From positions 58 through 64,057 of the forward strand of contig CAZLYK010000014.1 of assembly GCA_964563495.1 (NCBI GenBank): DNA of 64,000 nucleotides, given 5' to 3'. The translations under genes were made by a program, and so were the position numbers. The stretch is from an uncultured Heliobacteriaceae bacterium (GTDB lineage: Bacteria; Acidobacteriota; Blastocatellia; RBC074). Position 1 is the first letter of the stretch, and every line of letters begins with the position of its first letter. Below the pieces are notes generated by a model, which did no database searches, had not been told where the DNA came from, and was given only the letters and a program-made list of their open reading frames with translations. Of the stretch, positions 36,894-46,476 are shown one piece after another.

Positions 36894-38186
36894 TCAAGAT
36901 AGCGCCCGCTGAGGTTTGGTCTGGTAGAGCCGCCACAGGTGCAGATTCATGCCCAAGTAGTAGAATGGGTGAGAGCGATTTGCCCAGAGGCGCCTGGCAA
37001 TCGACGACCAGGAGTAGAACTTGCGCCGAAAACGGTCGTAACGCGCCTCGACCTCCGCCTTGCTCATGGTGGGATGCCGCCAGACCAGGTTGGTTCCCGT
37101 ATACTGGCCCCAGCGAAAATCGAGAATCTTGCCGTCTCGCACGGCCTTGTCGTAGGTGACCGACCCGGGAAAGGGCGTCAAGATGCCGCAATTGACCATG
37201 TAGAGGTGGTTCTCGATCGCGAAGTCCAGAACCTTCTCGAAACTTTCGGGAGTATCCTCCTCGAAACCGAAGATGAACGATCCCACAATCATAATCCCCG
37301 AGCGGTGCAGCTTGCGGATGTTTTCCTCGTAGTTGTGGACTTTGTTGAACTGTTTGTGGGCCGCGTTCAGTGTTTCCTGTTCCACCGACTCGATACCCAC
37401 GAAGAGGCTGACGCAGCCCGAACGGGCCGCCAGCTTGAGCAGTTCCTCATCGCGGCAGATCAACTCCAGTGAGCCCTGGCTGGCCCACCGGACCTTGAGG
37501 GGAATGAGCGCCTCGCACAACTCGTAGGCGTAGGGCCTGGAGAGAAAGATATTGTCATCGACGAATAAGAGGCGTTTGGACTTGAAGCGTTTGATCTCCT
37601 CGACGATGTGCTCGACCGGTCGGGTGCGGAACTTTTTGCCGTACATCTGCGTGACCGTGCAAAATTCGCAACCCAGCGGGCAGCCGCGGCCGGCCTGGAT
37701 AACATCCAGGTGGGTGCCCTTCCCGTTATTGTGGAAGAGCTCCTTGCGAGGCATGGGCAGGTCCCGCAGGTCTATCAGCCGGTCAGACTTGTAGACCGGC
37801 TTGAGCCGGTCGGCCAGGAAATCGGCCATGAGTTCATCCCAGACCATTTCGGCCTCATTGACCACGACTGCATCGAAATGTTCGCTGCATTCCGCCGCCA
37901 TAAAGGTCGCGTGGCTGCCGCCGCAGATCGTCCGAATGCCCCGCTTGCGAAAATGGTCGGCCAGATAATAGCCCCGTTCGGCCTGGCAAGTCATCATGGT
38001 GATCCCGACCAGATCCGCAGACTCGTCGAGGTCGAGCGGTTCGAACTCTTCTTCGACAATCTTGATCTCATTGAAGTAGGGTGTGGCAAGCGCGGCAACC
38101 ACGGCCAGGTTGAGGAGATGGACGTGCTTATGCCCCTTGAACCCTTGAACCCACAGGCCACTCGGCCCAATCAGCAATAATTTCAC
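36894..38186 (-). CDS. B12-binding-domain radical SAM protein (class B radical SAM)
   Basis: GTG start after GGAG. N-terminal cobalamin-binding-like Rossmann (LVGITMMTCQAERGYYLADHFRKRGIRTICGGSHAT) and the radical SAM cluster motif GRGCPLGCEFC (Cx3Cx2C). No C-terminal Cys-rich SPASM region. Confidence 0.8.
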   Translation of the reverse strand: MKLLLIGPSGLWVQGFKGHKHVHLLNLAVVAALATPYFNEIKIVEEEFEPLDLDESADLVGITMMTCQAERGYYLADHFRKRGIRTICGGSHATFMAAECSEHFDAVVVNEAEMVWDELMADFLADRLKPVYKSDRLIDLRDLPMPRKELFHNNGKGTHLDVIQAGRGCPLGCEFCTVTQMYGKKFRTRPVEHIVEEIKRFKSKRLLFVDDNIFLSRPYAYELCEALIPLKVRWASQGSLELICRDEELLKLAARSGCVSLFVGIESVEQETLNAAHKQFNKVHNYEENIRKLHRSGIMIVGSFIFGFEEDTPESFEKVLDFAIENHLYMVNCGILTPFPGSVTYDKAVRDGKILDFRWGQYTGTNLVWRHPTMSKAEVEARYDRFRRKFYSWSSIARRLWANRSHPFYYLGMNLHLWRLYQTKPQRALS

Positions 38187-38249
38187 GATAGGCTCCTCTC
38201 TGAAAAAGATGAAAACTGCAACAACGAGCGCTACTGGCAGCTCTCTGGC

Positions 38250-39710
38250 TTATCGCGCCGATGCTGACGTTTCTTTCAGCAAGCGTTTCATCTCCTGCTT
38301 CATCTCAGCGAGCGCCTGAGTCGCGCCGGGCTGATGAATCAGGTTCTTCATCTCGTAAGGATCAGTTTTGAGATCGTAAAGTTCATCCATCCCGTCCAGT
38401 TCCAGATAGTCAATATATTTCCAGCGCTCATTGCGTACCGCCTTGTAGCCCATTTGTAAAATGCGCGGGAAGACTTTGTCGGAGTAATATTCGATCATCA
38501 ATGAATTGCGCCACGCAGGTCGTTTGCCATTGAGCAGCGGCACCAGCGAACGCCCCTGAATCGTGTTCGGGACGCTCACGCCCGCCAGTTCCAGCAGCGT
38601 CGGAGCCAGATCAATGTTCAGCGCAAACTCGTCGCGCACCGTGCCCGCCCTGATGGCTTTGGGATAGCGCACCAGCAGCGGCATGCGAATGGATTCCTCA
38701 TAAGCCAGCCGCCGTTCGACGCTCAGGCCGTGTTCTCCATAAAAGTAACCGTTGTCGCTGGTGAAGACGATAATCGTCTGGTCGAGCTGCCCGGTCTCTT
38801 TCAGCGATTTAATAATTTCGCCGACGCCTTCTTCAATCGCCATGAGCGAACGCTGCCGTCCGAGAATGGCTTCGTCGCGCGTGGCGGTCGCGGCTCCGAG
38901 CGGCGGCAGGTTGCCGATCTGTCGTTGCAAGGCCGGCTTCCCTTCCGGCGCGCGGCCATAGTTCGGTCTGTGCGGAATCGCTTTGCCCGCATAGAGATTT
39001 TTGTGGCGCTCGGCGGGAATGAAGCGCTCGGAGTCAGCCAGGTTGACGCTACCATCGTTATTCTGCGTCACTTCGGGATGGATCGCTTTGTGCGCCAGAT
39101 AGACCAGGAACGGTTTGTCGTGTCGCCGCTTGATGAACTCCACCGCATAGCCGGTCAGAATATCCGTGATGTAGCCGGAGGGTTTGACCGACTTTCCGTC
39201 TTCGTTGATGTCGGGATCGCGGTATGTACCTTGTCCCTTGAAACTCACCCAGCGATCAAACCCCGGACGCGGCTTGTCATCGTTCCCCATGTGCCATTTG
39301 CCGATAAAGGCAGTTTCGTAGCCCGATTGATGCAGCAACAGCGGAAAGGTGACAAGCCGATGACTGGCGGCAGAACGATCAACATTGTCGGTGATCCCGT
39401 GCGTGTGCGCATATTGCCCGGTCAGGAAGCCGGCACGCGAAGGCGAACACAACGGCGTCGTCATAAACGCGTTGCGGAACAGCGCGCCTTCTTTGCCGAT
39501 GCGATCAATCTGAGGCGTTTTGATGAACGGATGCCCGGCAATGCCCAGTTCGTCCCAGCGCAGATCGTCAATCAGGATGAAAACGATGTTGGGCCGGGCT
39601 GGTTTGCTCTGGTCAGTCTGGGCCGGACCGGGAGAACCGAGGACCAGCAGGATAATCGCGGCGGCAATAGGTAGATGTTTGGTTTTGAATGAGAGAAAAA
39701 TGGTTTGCAT
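38250..39710 (-). CDS. Secreted sulfatase (formylglycine-dependent, Cys-type; N-acetylglucosamine-6-sulfatase-like)
   Basis: Signal peptide. Metal-site motif IDDLRWDE. FGly motif LCSPSRAGFLTG (CxPxR). GKWHMG and SDNGY motifs. Confidence 0.88.
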   Translation of the reverse strand: MQTIFLSFKTKHLPIAAAIILLVLGSPGPAQTDQSKPARPNIVFILIDDLRWDELGIAGHPFIKTPQIDRIGKEGALFRNAFMTTPLCSPSRAGFLTGQYAHTHGITDNVDRSAASHRLVTFPLLLHQSGYETAFIGKWHMGNDDKPRPGFDRWVSFKGQGTYRDPDINEDGKSVKPSGYITDILTGYAVEFIKRRHDKPFLVYLAHKAIHPEVTQNNDGSVNLADSERFIPAERHKNLYAGKAIPHRPNYGRAPEGKPALQRQIGNLPPLGAATATRDEAILGRQRSLMAIEEGVGEIIKSLKETGQLDQTIIVFTSDNGYFYGEHGLSVERRLAYEESIRMPLLVRYPKAIRAGTVRDEFALNIDLAPTLLELAGVSVPNTIQGRSLVPLLNGKRPAWRNSLMIEYYSDKVFPRILQMGYKAVRNERWKYIDYLELDGMDELYDLKTDPYEMKNLIHQPGATQALAEMKQEMKRLLKETSASAR

Positions 39711-39845
39711 TGTTATCTCGACTCGCCCTGCAAGACGAACGCCGCCTTACGCTCATGCCGGGGCACTGTTCATGGCGCCGGGGAAATTAACCAGATTGGG
39801 GGCAGTTTTGGCTGCTCCGAAATGTTGCTGTTGCCGCGGCCTTGA

Positions 39846-41084
39846 TTATGGCTTCTCGAAAATCATGAAGTACATCTTCTTGCCGTATTCCCGGTCGTAG
39901 AATCCTGGCCGGGTTTCTTTGAAGACTAAGCCGTGGCGGGCGACTTCTTCGCGCACCAATTCAGCCGGGATGCTGTGCAACCTATGGTATTCGGTGCGGG
40001 GCCGGCCGGAAGGCGCTTCGCCGTCGATGATCACCAACCGCCCGCCGGGTTTCAACGCAGTAAACACGGCTTGCAGCATTTGGTCGTACTCGCGGAATTC
40101 ATGGTACGAGTCAACGATCAAGACCGCGTCAAGCTCGCTCGGCAGATGCGGGTCGGCGCTCTCGCTCAGGATCGCTTCGACCTGGCCGAGCTTTTCGCGC
40201 TCTTTGCGCTGCCGTACTTGATTAATCGCCTCTTCGTCAATGTCTACAGCGTAGACCTTGCCGGCCGCGCCGACCCGCGTGGCCAGACGAAAGGTGAAAT
40301 AACCGAAGCCGCTGCCAATGTCCGCCACGCGCTGCCCTGGCTTGACCGCCATGGCGTCAAACACTTCGGCAGGTCTTTGCCACTCGTCACGCTTGCGGCT
40401 ACGGTCTGATTCCGGTGACGGAGCGCCTACACTCGTTTGATCAATGCTCTTGAGCGCCGGTCTACTTCCGCCCACCCGGCGCTTTAAGATGAAGCTACTG
40501 GGAGGCGGCGCATGCGGGATGCCGACGGGTTCTGTCGTTCCCTGAAGTGTGTTTTCATCGACGAGTTTGGCGGTGTAGAGAATAATGCCCGTACTCGGAT
40601 TGCGCAGCCCCCATTGTAGCGTTTGTCCATCGAGCACTCGGATGAACTGAAACTCCAGTTGAAATGGCTCTACGCCGGCGGGCGTCACCCGATGTCGCGC
40701 GTAAACCCCGCCATCCCTGGCCTCGAAGGTCGTAACGCTGCCTACCAGGCCGTCACTTTTTCTGGTTGATTCCCAGGCGCCGAGAAAAGGCTTCATCTTC
40801 TCAATATCGGGCCGCGGCAACTTCGCCCATTCCGCCAGCCTGGGGTCAGCCTTTTCCTGTTCTTGACTGGCATCGGTCAAAGAGCGGCTCCAGCCTGCGG
40901 CAAGGCCGACTGCTTCAGCGAAGTTATTGGATGGTGATTTCTTCTCGCTGACTCTTCGCTGATAGGTAGAGGTATCGGCAGTCGGCAGCTTCTCTCCCGC
41001 CGGCGCGAACAAGGCAAAACCAATTAGCGCGCTGGATGTCAATAGACACACCACGACCGGCGCCCAGATTTTCCGAGGCTTCAT
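39846..41084 (-). CDS. Two-domain protein: N-terminal signal/anchor plus unknown ~220-aa domain, C-terminal class I SAM-dependent methyltransferase
   Basis: N-terminal MKPRKIWAPVVVCLLTSSALIGFALFA. Methyltransferase motif I VADIGSGFGYFTFRLA and post-I/II segments (VYAVDIDE, LKPGGRLVIID). Confidence 0.7.
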   Translation of the reverse strand: MKPRKIWAPVVVCLLTSSALIGFALFAPAGEKLPTADTSTYQRRVSEKKSPSNNFAEAVGLAAGWSRSLTDASQEQEKADPRLAEWAKLPRPDIEKMKPFLGAWESTRKSDGLVGSVTTFEARDGGVYARHRVTPAGVEPFQLEFQFIRVLDGQTLQWGLRNPSTGIILYTAKLVDENTLQGTTEPVGIPHAPPPSSFILKRRVGGSRPALKSIDQTSVGAPSPESDRSRKRDEWQRPAEVFDAMAVKPGQRVADIGSGFGYFTFRLATRVGAAGKVYAVDIDEEAINQVRQRKEREKLGQVEAILSESADPHLPSELDAVLIVDSYHEFREYDQMLQAVFTALKPGGRLVIIDGEAPSGRPRTEYHRLHSIPAELVREEVARHGLVFKETRPGFYDREYGKKMYFMIFEKP

Positions 41085-41215
41085 CGTTTACCCCCTTTCG
41101 CGATTTGATGATTTGACCTGGCCGGAGCGGCTCCAGCCGTTTACTCAGCCCGCACCCGCTCCGAGCCATTGCTCCAGCCACTCCCTTTTGCGTGTTTCGC
41201 GACCCCAGTTTCTGC

Positions 41216-41932
41216 TTAGACGTACTCGATCTTGCCTCCGCATTCCTTGCAGAATTTCGGTTTGCCATCCATCTCGGTCCCGCAAGCTTTGCAACGCAGC
41301 TTGGCGTTCATCGGCTGGCCGCATTCCGGGCAGAACTTGCTGTTGGAGACCGTCCCGCAGTTCGCACAAGAAACGCCGACAAAAGATTGCGCGTTGGCAG
41401 CTTCGACCACCGGATTGACGGACTGACGGCTCGGAGCGGTTTCGACCGACTCCGCGCTCATATCGGTTTGAGAGACGTAATCGGTTTGCAGCGCCCGATC
41501 GTAGAGCTGGACCCGCGCTATGTCGGCTTTGGCCTGTGCGTGGTGGGCGGTGAATTCTTCCTGATAATTCGGAGCGCATCCTTCGCACAAACCCGCGCCC
41601 GCATTCCAGCAGACATCCGGGCAGACCCAGCGACCGCAGCGTGTGCATTGATGGAAATGTTGTTTGGCCTCCTCGACCGCGACGGCAAAAGCGTCATCGT
41701 GGGCTTTGCCGCCGACAGCGCGTTGAATGTCATAGGCGCTGTTGCCGGCGCTGGAGAGAATTCCACCGAAAATGTTGCCGGCGGCGCGAAGCAGGTCACC
41801 CGCAACGCCGGTCATCGACGTTTGAAAGCGCGACATAAAACCATTGCCGCACTTGTCGCAATGGAAGCGAAATTGGTATCCACGATCGGTTGAAAGATCG
41901 TCGAAGTTTGCCGTGAATTTAATGAGCGCCAT
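41216..41932 (-). CDS. Multi zinc-ribbon domain protein
   Basis: ATG at 41932 (MALIKF..). CxxC pairs throughout (HCDKCGNGF; CTRCGRWVCPDVC..CEGC). C-terminal double zinc ribbon CANCG..CPECG..CKACG..CKECG. Confidence 0.6.
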   Translation of the reverse strand: MALIKFTANFDDLSTDRGYQFRFHCDKCGNGFMSRFQTSMTGVAGDLLRAAGNIFGGILSSAGNSAYDIQRAVGGKAHDDAFAVAVEEAKQHFHQCTRCGRWVCPDVCWNAGAGLCEGCAPNYQEEFTAHHAQAKADIARVQLYDRALQTDYVSQTDMSAESVETAPSRQSVNPVVEAANAQSFVGVSCANCGTVSNSKFCPECGQPMNAKLRCKACGTEMDGKPKFCKECGGKIEYV

Positions 41933-42158
41933 GGCCTGAATCCTCTTTTCAAGTTTGGTGGGGGTCGATGGAGATGCGACCGGCATCATAGAATAAGATC
42001 GAGCGGCATGAAAGTAGATAAATTAAAAAGCCATTTTCATTGAGCAGATCTTTCACTGATCAAAACAGCTTGCCTGCTTCCTTTAGGGCAATAGTTGAAC
42101 GGGCTTCGAAATGAAGTAGTTGCTTCATTTCAATTTCGACGCCCATTCGCTGGTCAAA

Positions 42159-42247
42159 GGAAATAGACAGGATTAACAGGATTTCCACAGGATTAAACAG
42201 GATCAAAGACAAGGCAGAACAAAATCCTGTTAATCCTGTCTATTTCC
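42159..42247. repeat. Palindromic AATCCTGT-type element, shorter version (copy E4; 26-bp arms)
   Basis: ggaaatagacaggattaacaggattt (42159..42184) is the reverse complement of 42222..42247. The interior retains ccacaggattaaacaggatcaaagacaaggcagaac but lacks the second inner arm present in E2. Confidence 0.9.
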
Positions 42248-42380
42248 TTAAAAAAACTCAGCCCTCCACCTTAAACTCAAGATATAATTCCTCTTGGACC
42301 TTGGCATCGATCAATGCATCGAGGCGCAGACCTGCCAGGGCTCATTCGTTTTAATTTTGCAAAGGAGATAAGTTAAACAA

Positions 42381-44093
42381 ATGAATTCGTTGGATTCTGG
42401 CTCCAGCGCACAGCCAGTCGAAGCGACAACCCGGTCTAATTTTATTCGTGACATCATCATTGAGGACATCAAACTCGGCAAAAACGGCGGGCAGGTGCAG
42501 ACGCGCTTTCCGCCTGAACCCAATGGCTACCTGCACATTGGCCATGCCAAAGCGATTTGTCTGGATTTCGGGCTGGCGGCGGAATTTGGCGGCAAATGTA
42601 ATCTGCGTTTCGACGATACAAACCCGTCAAAGGAAGAGACCGAATACGTGGAAGCGATCATGCAGGATGTCGAATGGCTGGGCTTCCAATGGGACGGCTT
42701 GTATTACGCATCCGACTATTTTGGACGACTTTATCAGTGGGCGATTCAGTTGATCAAAGCGGGGAAAGCTTATGTCTGCGACCTGAATGCTGACGAAATT
42801 CGCGAATATCGCGGCACCCTGACCGAGCCAGGCAAGGAGAGCCCCTACCGGAATCGTTCGATCGAAGAGAACCTGGATCTATTCGAACGCATGAAAGCCG
42901 GAGAGTTTCCGGATGGTTCGCGCACACTGCGCGCGAAGATCGATATGTCTTCACCGAACCTGAACCTCCGCGATCCGGTCATGTATCGCATTCTGCATAT
43001 GGCGCACCATCGCACCGGCGATCAGTGGTGCATCTACCCGATGTACGATTACGCTCACGGGCAATCGGATTCAATCGAGCATGTGACCCACTCGATCTGC
43101 ACGCTCGAATTCGATAACAATCGCCCGTTATATAATTGGTTTATCGAGCAGCTGGGCATATTTCCATCTCAGCAGTATGAATTCGACCGTCTCAGCATTA
43201 CCTACACGCTGCTGAGTAAGCGTAAGCTGCTCAAGCTGGTCGAAGACGGCCATGTCAACGGATGGGACGACCCACGCATGCCCACGTTGTCGGGAATGCG
43301 CCGGCGCGGCTATACGCCCGAAGCCATCCGCAACTTTTGCGCGAATATCGGCGTCTCCAAGACCAACGGCGTCACGCAACTGTCGCATCTGGAATATTTC
43401 CTGCGGGAGGATTTGAACAGGCATGCCCTGCGCGTCATGGCAGTACTAAATCCATTGCGCGTCGTCATCGATAATTATCCCGATGATCTGGTCGAAGAAA
43501 TGGAGGCGGTCAATAACCCTGAAGACGCGAGCGCGGGAACGCGTAAAGTCCCTTTTTCGAAAGTGCTCTATATCGAACGAGAAGATTTTCGTGAGGATCC
43601 GCCGAAGCAATTCTACCGGCTGGCGCCGGGCCGCGAAGTACGCCTGCGCTACGGTTATCTGATCACCTGCCAAAGCGTAGTCAAAGACGCCAACGGCAAC
43701 ATGATTGAGCTGCGTTGCACCTATGATCCTGAGACGCGCGGCGGCAACACGCCGGATGGGCGCAAGGTCAAATCCACAATCCACTGGGTCTCGGCGGCTC
43801 ACGCTGTCGACGCCGGGGTGCGCCTCTACGAGACCCTCTTTACGAAAGAAGATCCGAATGATTTTGAAGAAGGCCAGGACTTCACCGTCAATTTGAATCC
43901 GCATTCGCTTGAGACGCTGACCGGCTGCAAGGTTGAACCGGGCCTTCGTCACGCAACACCGGGCGCGAGATATCAGTTCGAACGGATGGGATACTTCTGT
44001 GTGGACCCGGCATCGGAATTGGGAAAGCCGGTCTTCAACCGGACGATCGGTTTGCGAGATACCTGGGCCAAGATCGAGCAGCGCTCCAAATAA
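42381..44093 (+). CDS. glnS: Glutamine--tRNA ligase
   Basis: AAAGGAG RBS. 570 aa. HIGH motif ([14 protein letters not shown]), KMSKS-type LLSKRKL, and end-to-end GlnRS-like sequence including the C-terminal anticodon-binding beta-barrels. Confidence 0.92.
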   Translation: MNSLDSGSSAQPVEATTRSNFIRDIIIEDIKLGKNGGQVQTRFPPEPNGYLHIGHAKAICLDFGLAAEFGGKCNLRFDDTNPSKEETEYVEAIMQDVEWLGFQWDGLYYASDYFGRLYQWAIQLIKAGKAYVCDLNADEIREYRGTLTEPGKESPYRNRSIEENLDLFERMKAGEFPDGSRTLRAKIDMSSPNLNLRDPVMYRILHMAHHRTGDQWCIYPMYDYAHGQSDSIEHVTHSICTLEFDNNRPLYNWFIEQLGIFPSQQYEFDRLSITYTLLSKRKLLKLVEDGHVNGWDDPRMPTLSGMRRRGYTPEAIRNFCANIGVSKTNGVTQLSHLEYFLREDLNRHALRVMAVLNPLRVVIDNYPDDLVEEMEAVNNPEDASAGTRKVPFSKVLYIEREDFREDPPKQFYRLAPGREVRLRYGYLITCQSVVKDANGNMIELRCTYDPETRGGNTPDGRKVKSTIHWVSAAHAVDAGVRLYETLFTKEDPNDFEEGQDFTVNLNPHSLETLTGCKVEPGLRHATPGARYQFERMGYFCVDPASELGKPVFNRTIGLRDTWAKIEQRSK

Positions 44094-44102
44094 TCATAAG
44101 CG

Positions 44103-44150
44103 GCAGCAATTTTCAGGTTTGTGCGACCGCGAGGACGCGGTCGCACAGGG
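44103..44150. repeat. Palindromic hairpin element, partly eroded copy (D2)
   Basis: gcagcaattttcaggtttgtgcgaccgcg-agga-cgcggtcgcacaggg. The core gtgcgaccgcg/cgcggtcgcac is perfect and the right outer arm has diverged. Lies between the glnS stop (44093) and the gltX ATG (44160). Confidence 0.85.
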
Positions 44151-44159
44151 GAACAATTC

Positions 44160-45839
44160 ATGCAAGCTGAATGGCGCGCCATAGCTGAGTTGCTCTTTCC
44201 GCAATCGAGGGACCTCCCTTCCCTTGAGCAACTCAGAGAGAGATACCCTGTCAGAGCACTGCCTGAGGGCGCGATGGTCACCCGGGTTGGGCCAAGTCCG
44301 ACTGGAATGATGCATATCGGAGGACTGTACGTCGCTCTCCTCAACTACAAGCTTGCACGCCAGACGGGCGGCTTATTCTTTCTGCGGATTGAAGACACCG
44401 ATACCAAGCGGAGAGTCGAGGGGGCTTATGAGACAATCGTAAACTCCTTGATCGATTATCAGCTAATCCCGGACGAAGGCCCGATTCGAACTGAGGGAGA
44501 TCAGTATATAGAGCGAGGGCATTATGGCCCTTATCTGCAAACCAACCGCAAGAGTATTTATCATGCTTGCGCTTTTGATCTCGTTCGCCGGGGAATCCTC
44601 TATCCCTGCTTTATCTCGGAGACCGAGCTTGAGCAGATCAGGGAAGAGCAGCGGGCGAAAGGGTTACGGCCGGGTATTTATGGAGCCTGGGCCAGGTGTC
44701 GCAACCTTACTTCCTCAAAAGTAGAGGCCCAACTAAAAGCAAACGACTCATTCGTTCTACGATTGCATTCAACGGGCGATGCCGACAAGTCGGTTAGTTG
44801 GAACGATGGGGTGCGTGGAAGACTGACCTTGCCGGAATATAGCATTGATGCGGTCATGATCAAATCAGACGGCATTCCAACCTATCACTTCGCCCATCTG
44901 GTTGATGATCACTTTATGGGCACGACACATGTAATTCGTGCCGAAGAATGGATATCTTCGGTCCCTCTGCACTTGCAACTATTTGAACGCATGGGATGGC
45001 AGGCGCCCGATTATGCGCATGTCAGTGCCATTCAGAAGCTCGGTGAGAAGGGCGGAAAGCGAAAGCTTTCCAAGAGCAAAGACCCCGAGGCCGATGTGCA
45101 GTTTTACTGGCGCAGTGGTTTCCCCAGGGAATCCGTGATCGAATACCTGCTGAACCTGGCAAATCCGGACTTTGAGGATTGGCGGCGCGCAAACCCCGAC
45201 GCGCCGCATTCTTCTTTTCAGCTCTCATTGGAGAAGGTGGGGCAAGCCGGTCCCCTGGCCGATATGGTTAAGCTGGAGAGCATCAGCCGCGAAGTCCTAA
45301 ACCGAATGCCCGCCAAAAGGTTATATGAGTACTCTGCCAATTGGGCAGCGGATTACGCCCCGGAACTGGCCGCGGAAATGGCGAAGGACCCTGATTATAC
45401 AAGCCGGGCTCTCGACGTAGAGCGTGACCCGCTCGATTCGGCCAAGCGGCTGATCACACTCAAAGATATAGATACACTATTAGCGCCGTTTTTCGATCGA
45501 TTCCTGCCCGAAGTTGATCAACTCCCGTTCCCGCCGAATGTCGGCAGCGAGGATCGGAATGCCGTTTTGACGCTCGTCAAGGAGCGCTATCAAGAGGAAG
45601 ATTCATCGCCGCAGTTTTTCGAGCGGCTTAAAGAAATCGCCGCTGAGTTAGGATTCGCCCCAACGGTCAAGGACTACAAAAAACATCCGGAAGAGTATAA
45701 AGGTCATGTCGGTGATGTTGCCATGATCGTTAGAGTAGCAATATTCGGCAGCACCCGCTCGCCGGATCTTGGTCTGGTCATGCAGGTATTAGGAAGGGAA
45801 AGAGTCGTGCGGCGATGCGACCGGGCGATGAGAGCTTAG
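44160..45839 (+). CDS. gltX: Glutamate--tRNA ligase (GluRS family, long form)
   Basis: ATG at 44160 (the track ORF start lies inside the hairpin repeat). Motifs VTRVGPSPTGMMHIGG, FFLRIEDTDTKR, GPYLQTNRKSIY and KLSKSK. 559 aa. Confidence 0.85.
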   Translation: MQAEWRAIAELLFPQSRDLPSLEQLRERYPVRALPEGAMVTRVGPSPTGMMHIGGLYVALLNYKLARQTGGLFFLRIEDTDTKRRVEGAYETIVNSLIDYQLIPDEGPIRTEGDQYIERGHYGPYLQTNRKSIYHACAFDLVRRGILYPCFISETELEQIREEQRAKGLRPGIYGAWARCRNLTSSKVEAQLKANDSFVLRLHSTGDADKSVSWNDGVRGRLTLPEYSIDAVMIKSDGIPTYHFAHLVDDHFMGTTHVIRAEEWISSVPLHLQLFERMGWQAPDYAHVSAIQKLGEKGGKRKLSKSKDPEADVQFYWRSGFPRESVIEYLLNLANPDFEDWRRANPDAPHSSFQLSLEKVGQAGPLADMVKLESISREVLNRMPAKRLYEYSANWAADYAPELAAEMAKDPDYTSRALDVERDPLDSAKRLITLKDIDTLLAPFFDRFLPEVDQLPFPPNVGSEDRNAVLTLVKERYQEEDSSPQFFERLKEIAAELGFAPTVKDYKKHPEEYKGHVGDVAMIVRVAIFGSTRSPDLGLVMQVLGRERVVRRCDRAMRA

Positions 45840-45859
45840 CCCGTTCGGCCTGCGCGGCA

Positions 45860-46429
45860 TCAGGAGACGCCGTGTTCGGCTGGAATGGGTGACATCGTTC
45901 CTGCCGGCATGACCAGCAGTTGCTCCACCGGAACGCCGCTGCGGTACTGAGCCAACAAAGCCTCTGGGTCAATCGTCACGCCGATGGGATTCACGGCAAA
46001 GGCCTCGCTGAGCATGTAGGCGTTGGCCTCTTCGACGGTACAGGTGTCCACTTGAAATTCCATGCGATTGCCGTCCGGGTCCTGGTAATACAGCGAAAGC
46101 GTCATCCCGTGATGAACCGGCCAATACGGCGCGATGCCCGCTTGTTTGAGGCGCTCGTAGGTGTGGAGTAAGTCTCCCAGATGCGCGTAAGTGTAAGCCG
46201 TGTGGTTCACCCCGACATCACTGCGCTCTCGAGTGTCAGCGCCATCCGGCTTGAAGGCGGACATATTGATAAACGCGAACCGGTGATGTTCATCATCGTA
46301 GGTGAGAAAGGCCAGCGCAGGATTTTGATAGACGACTTTTGCCTCGAAAACCTGCTGATACCAATCAACCATTTCCTCAAAGCGTCTGGTCTGATAAACG
46401 ACGTGCGCGAATTTTGCCGGTTTGGCCAT
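45860..46429 (-). CDS. VOC-family one-domain extradiol dioxygenase-like protein (biphenyl-2,3-diol 1,2-dioxygenase III-like)
   Basis: 189 aa. N-terminus AKFAHVVYQTRRFEEMVDWYQQVFEAKVVYQN..LAFLTYDDEHHRFAFI and HTAYTY..L resemble the small BphC3-type VOC enzymes. Confidence 0.65.
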   Translation of the reverse strand: MAKPAKFAHVVYQTRRFEEMVDWYQQVFEAKVVYQNPALAFLTYDDEHHRFAFINMSAFKPDGADTRERSDVGVNHTAYTYAHLGDLLHTYERLKQAGIAPYWPVHHGMTLSLYYQDPDGNRMEFQVDTCTVEEANAYMLSEAFAVNPIGVTIDPEALLAQYRSGVPVEQLLVMPAGTMSPIPAEHGVS

Positions 46430-46476
46430 GTTTTTTCTCCTTTGCCGTGAGATTGGTTAATGCAAAAGCGGCTGCC

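Noticed and set aside
36797-37191. Track ORFs that start in or cross the palindromic hairpins, encoding peptides such as RPRGRGRTNVKLAI on both strands. The same applies to the N-terminal 13 codons of ORF 44121..45839 and to ORFs 49323..49529 and 49391..49642.
   Set aside because: The mirrored peptides are a direct consequence of translating a perfect palindrome on both strands. Real gene starts with an RBS lie outside the repeats.
36894-39710. The idea that the radical SAM gene next to the sulfatase is its anaerobic sulfatase-maturating enzyme (anSME).
   Set aside because: The radical SAM protein has an N-terminal B12-binding-type domain and lacks the C-terminal Cys-rich SPASM clusters of anSMEs. 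The sulfatase has a Cys-type CSPSR motif that can be matured by an ordinary FGE. Adjacency alone is insufficient.
42250-42380. T-box or other leader upstream of glnS (a TATAAT at 42283 and the direct repeat gcatcga x2).
   Set aside because: No specifier-loop or T-box consensus is recognisable. The TATAAT lacks a plausible -35 at 17 +/- 1 nt.
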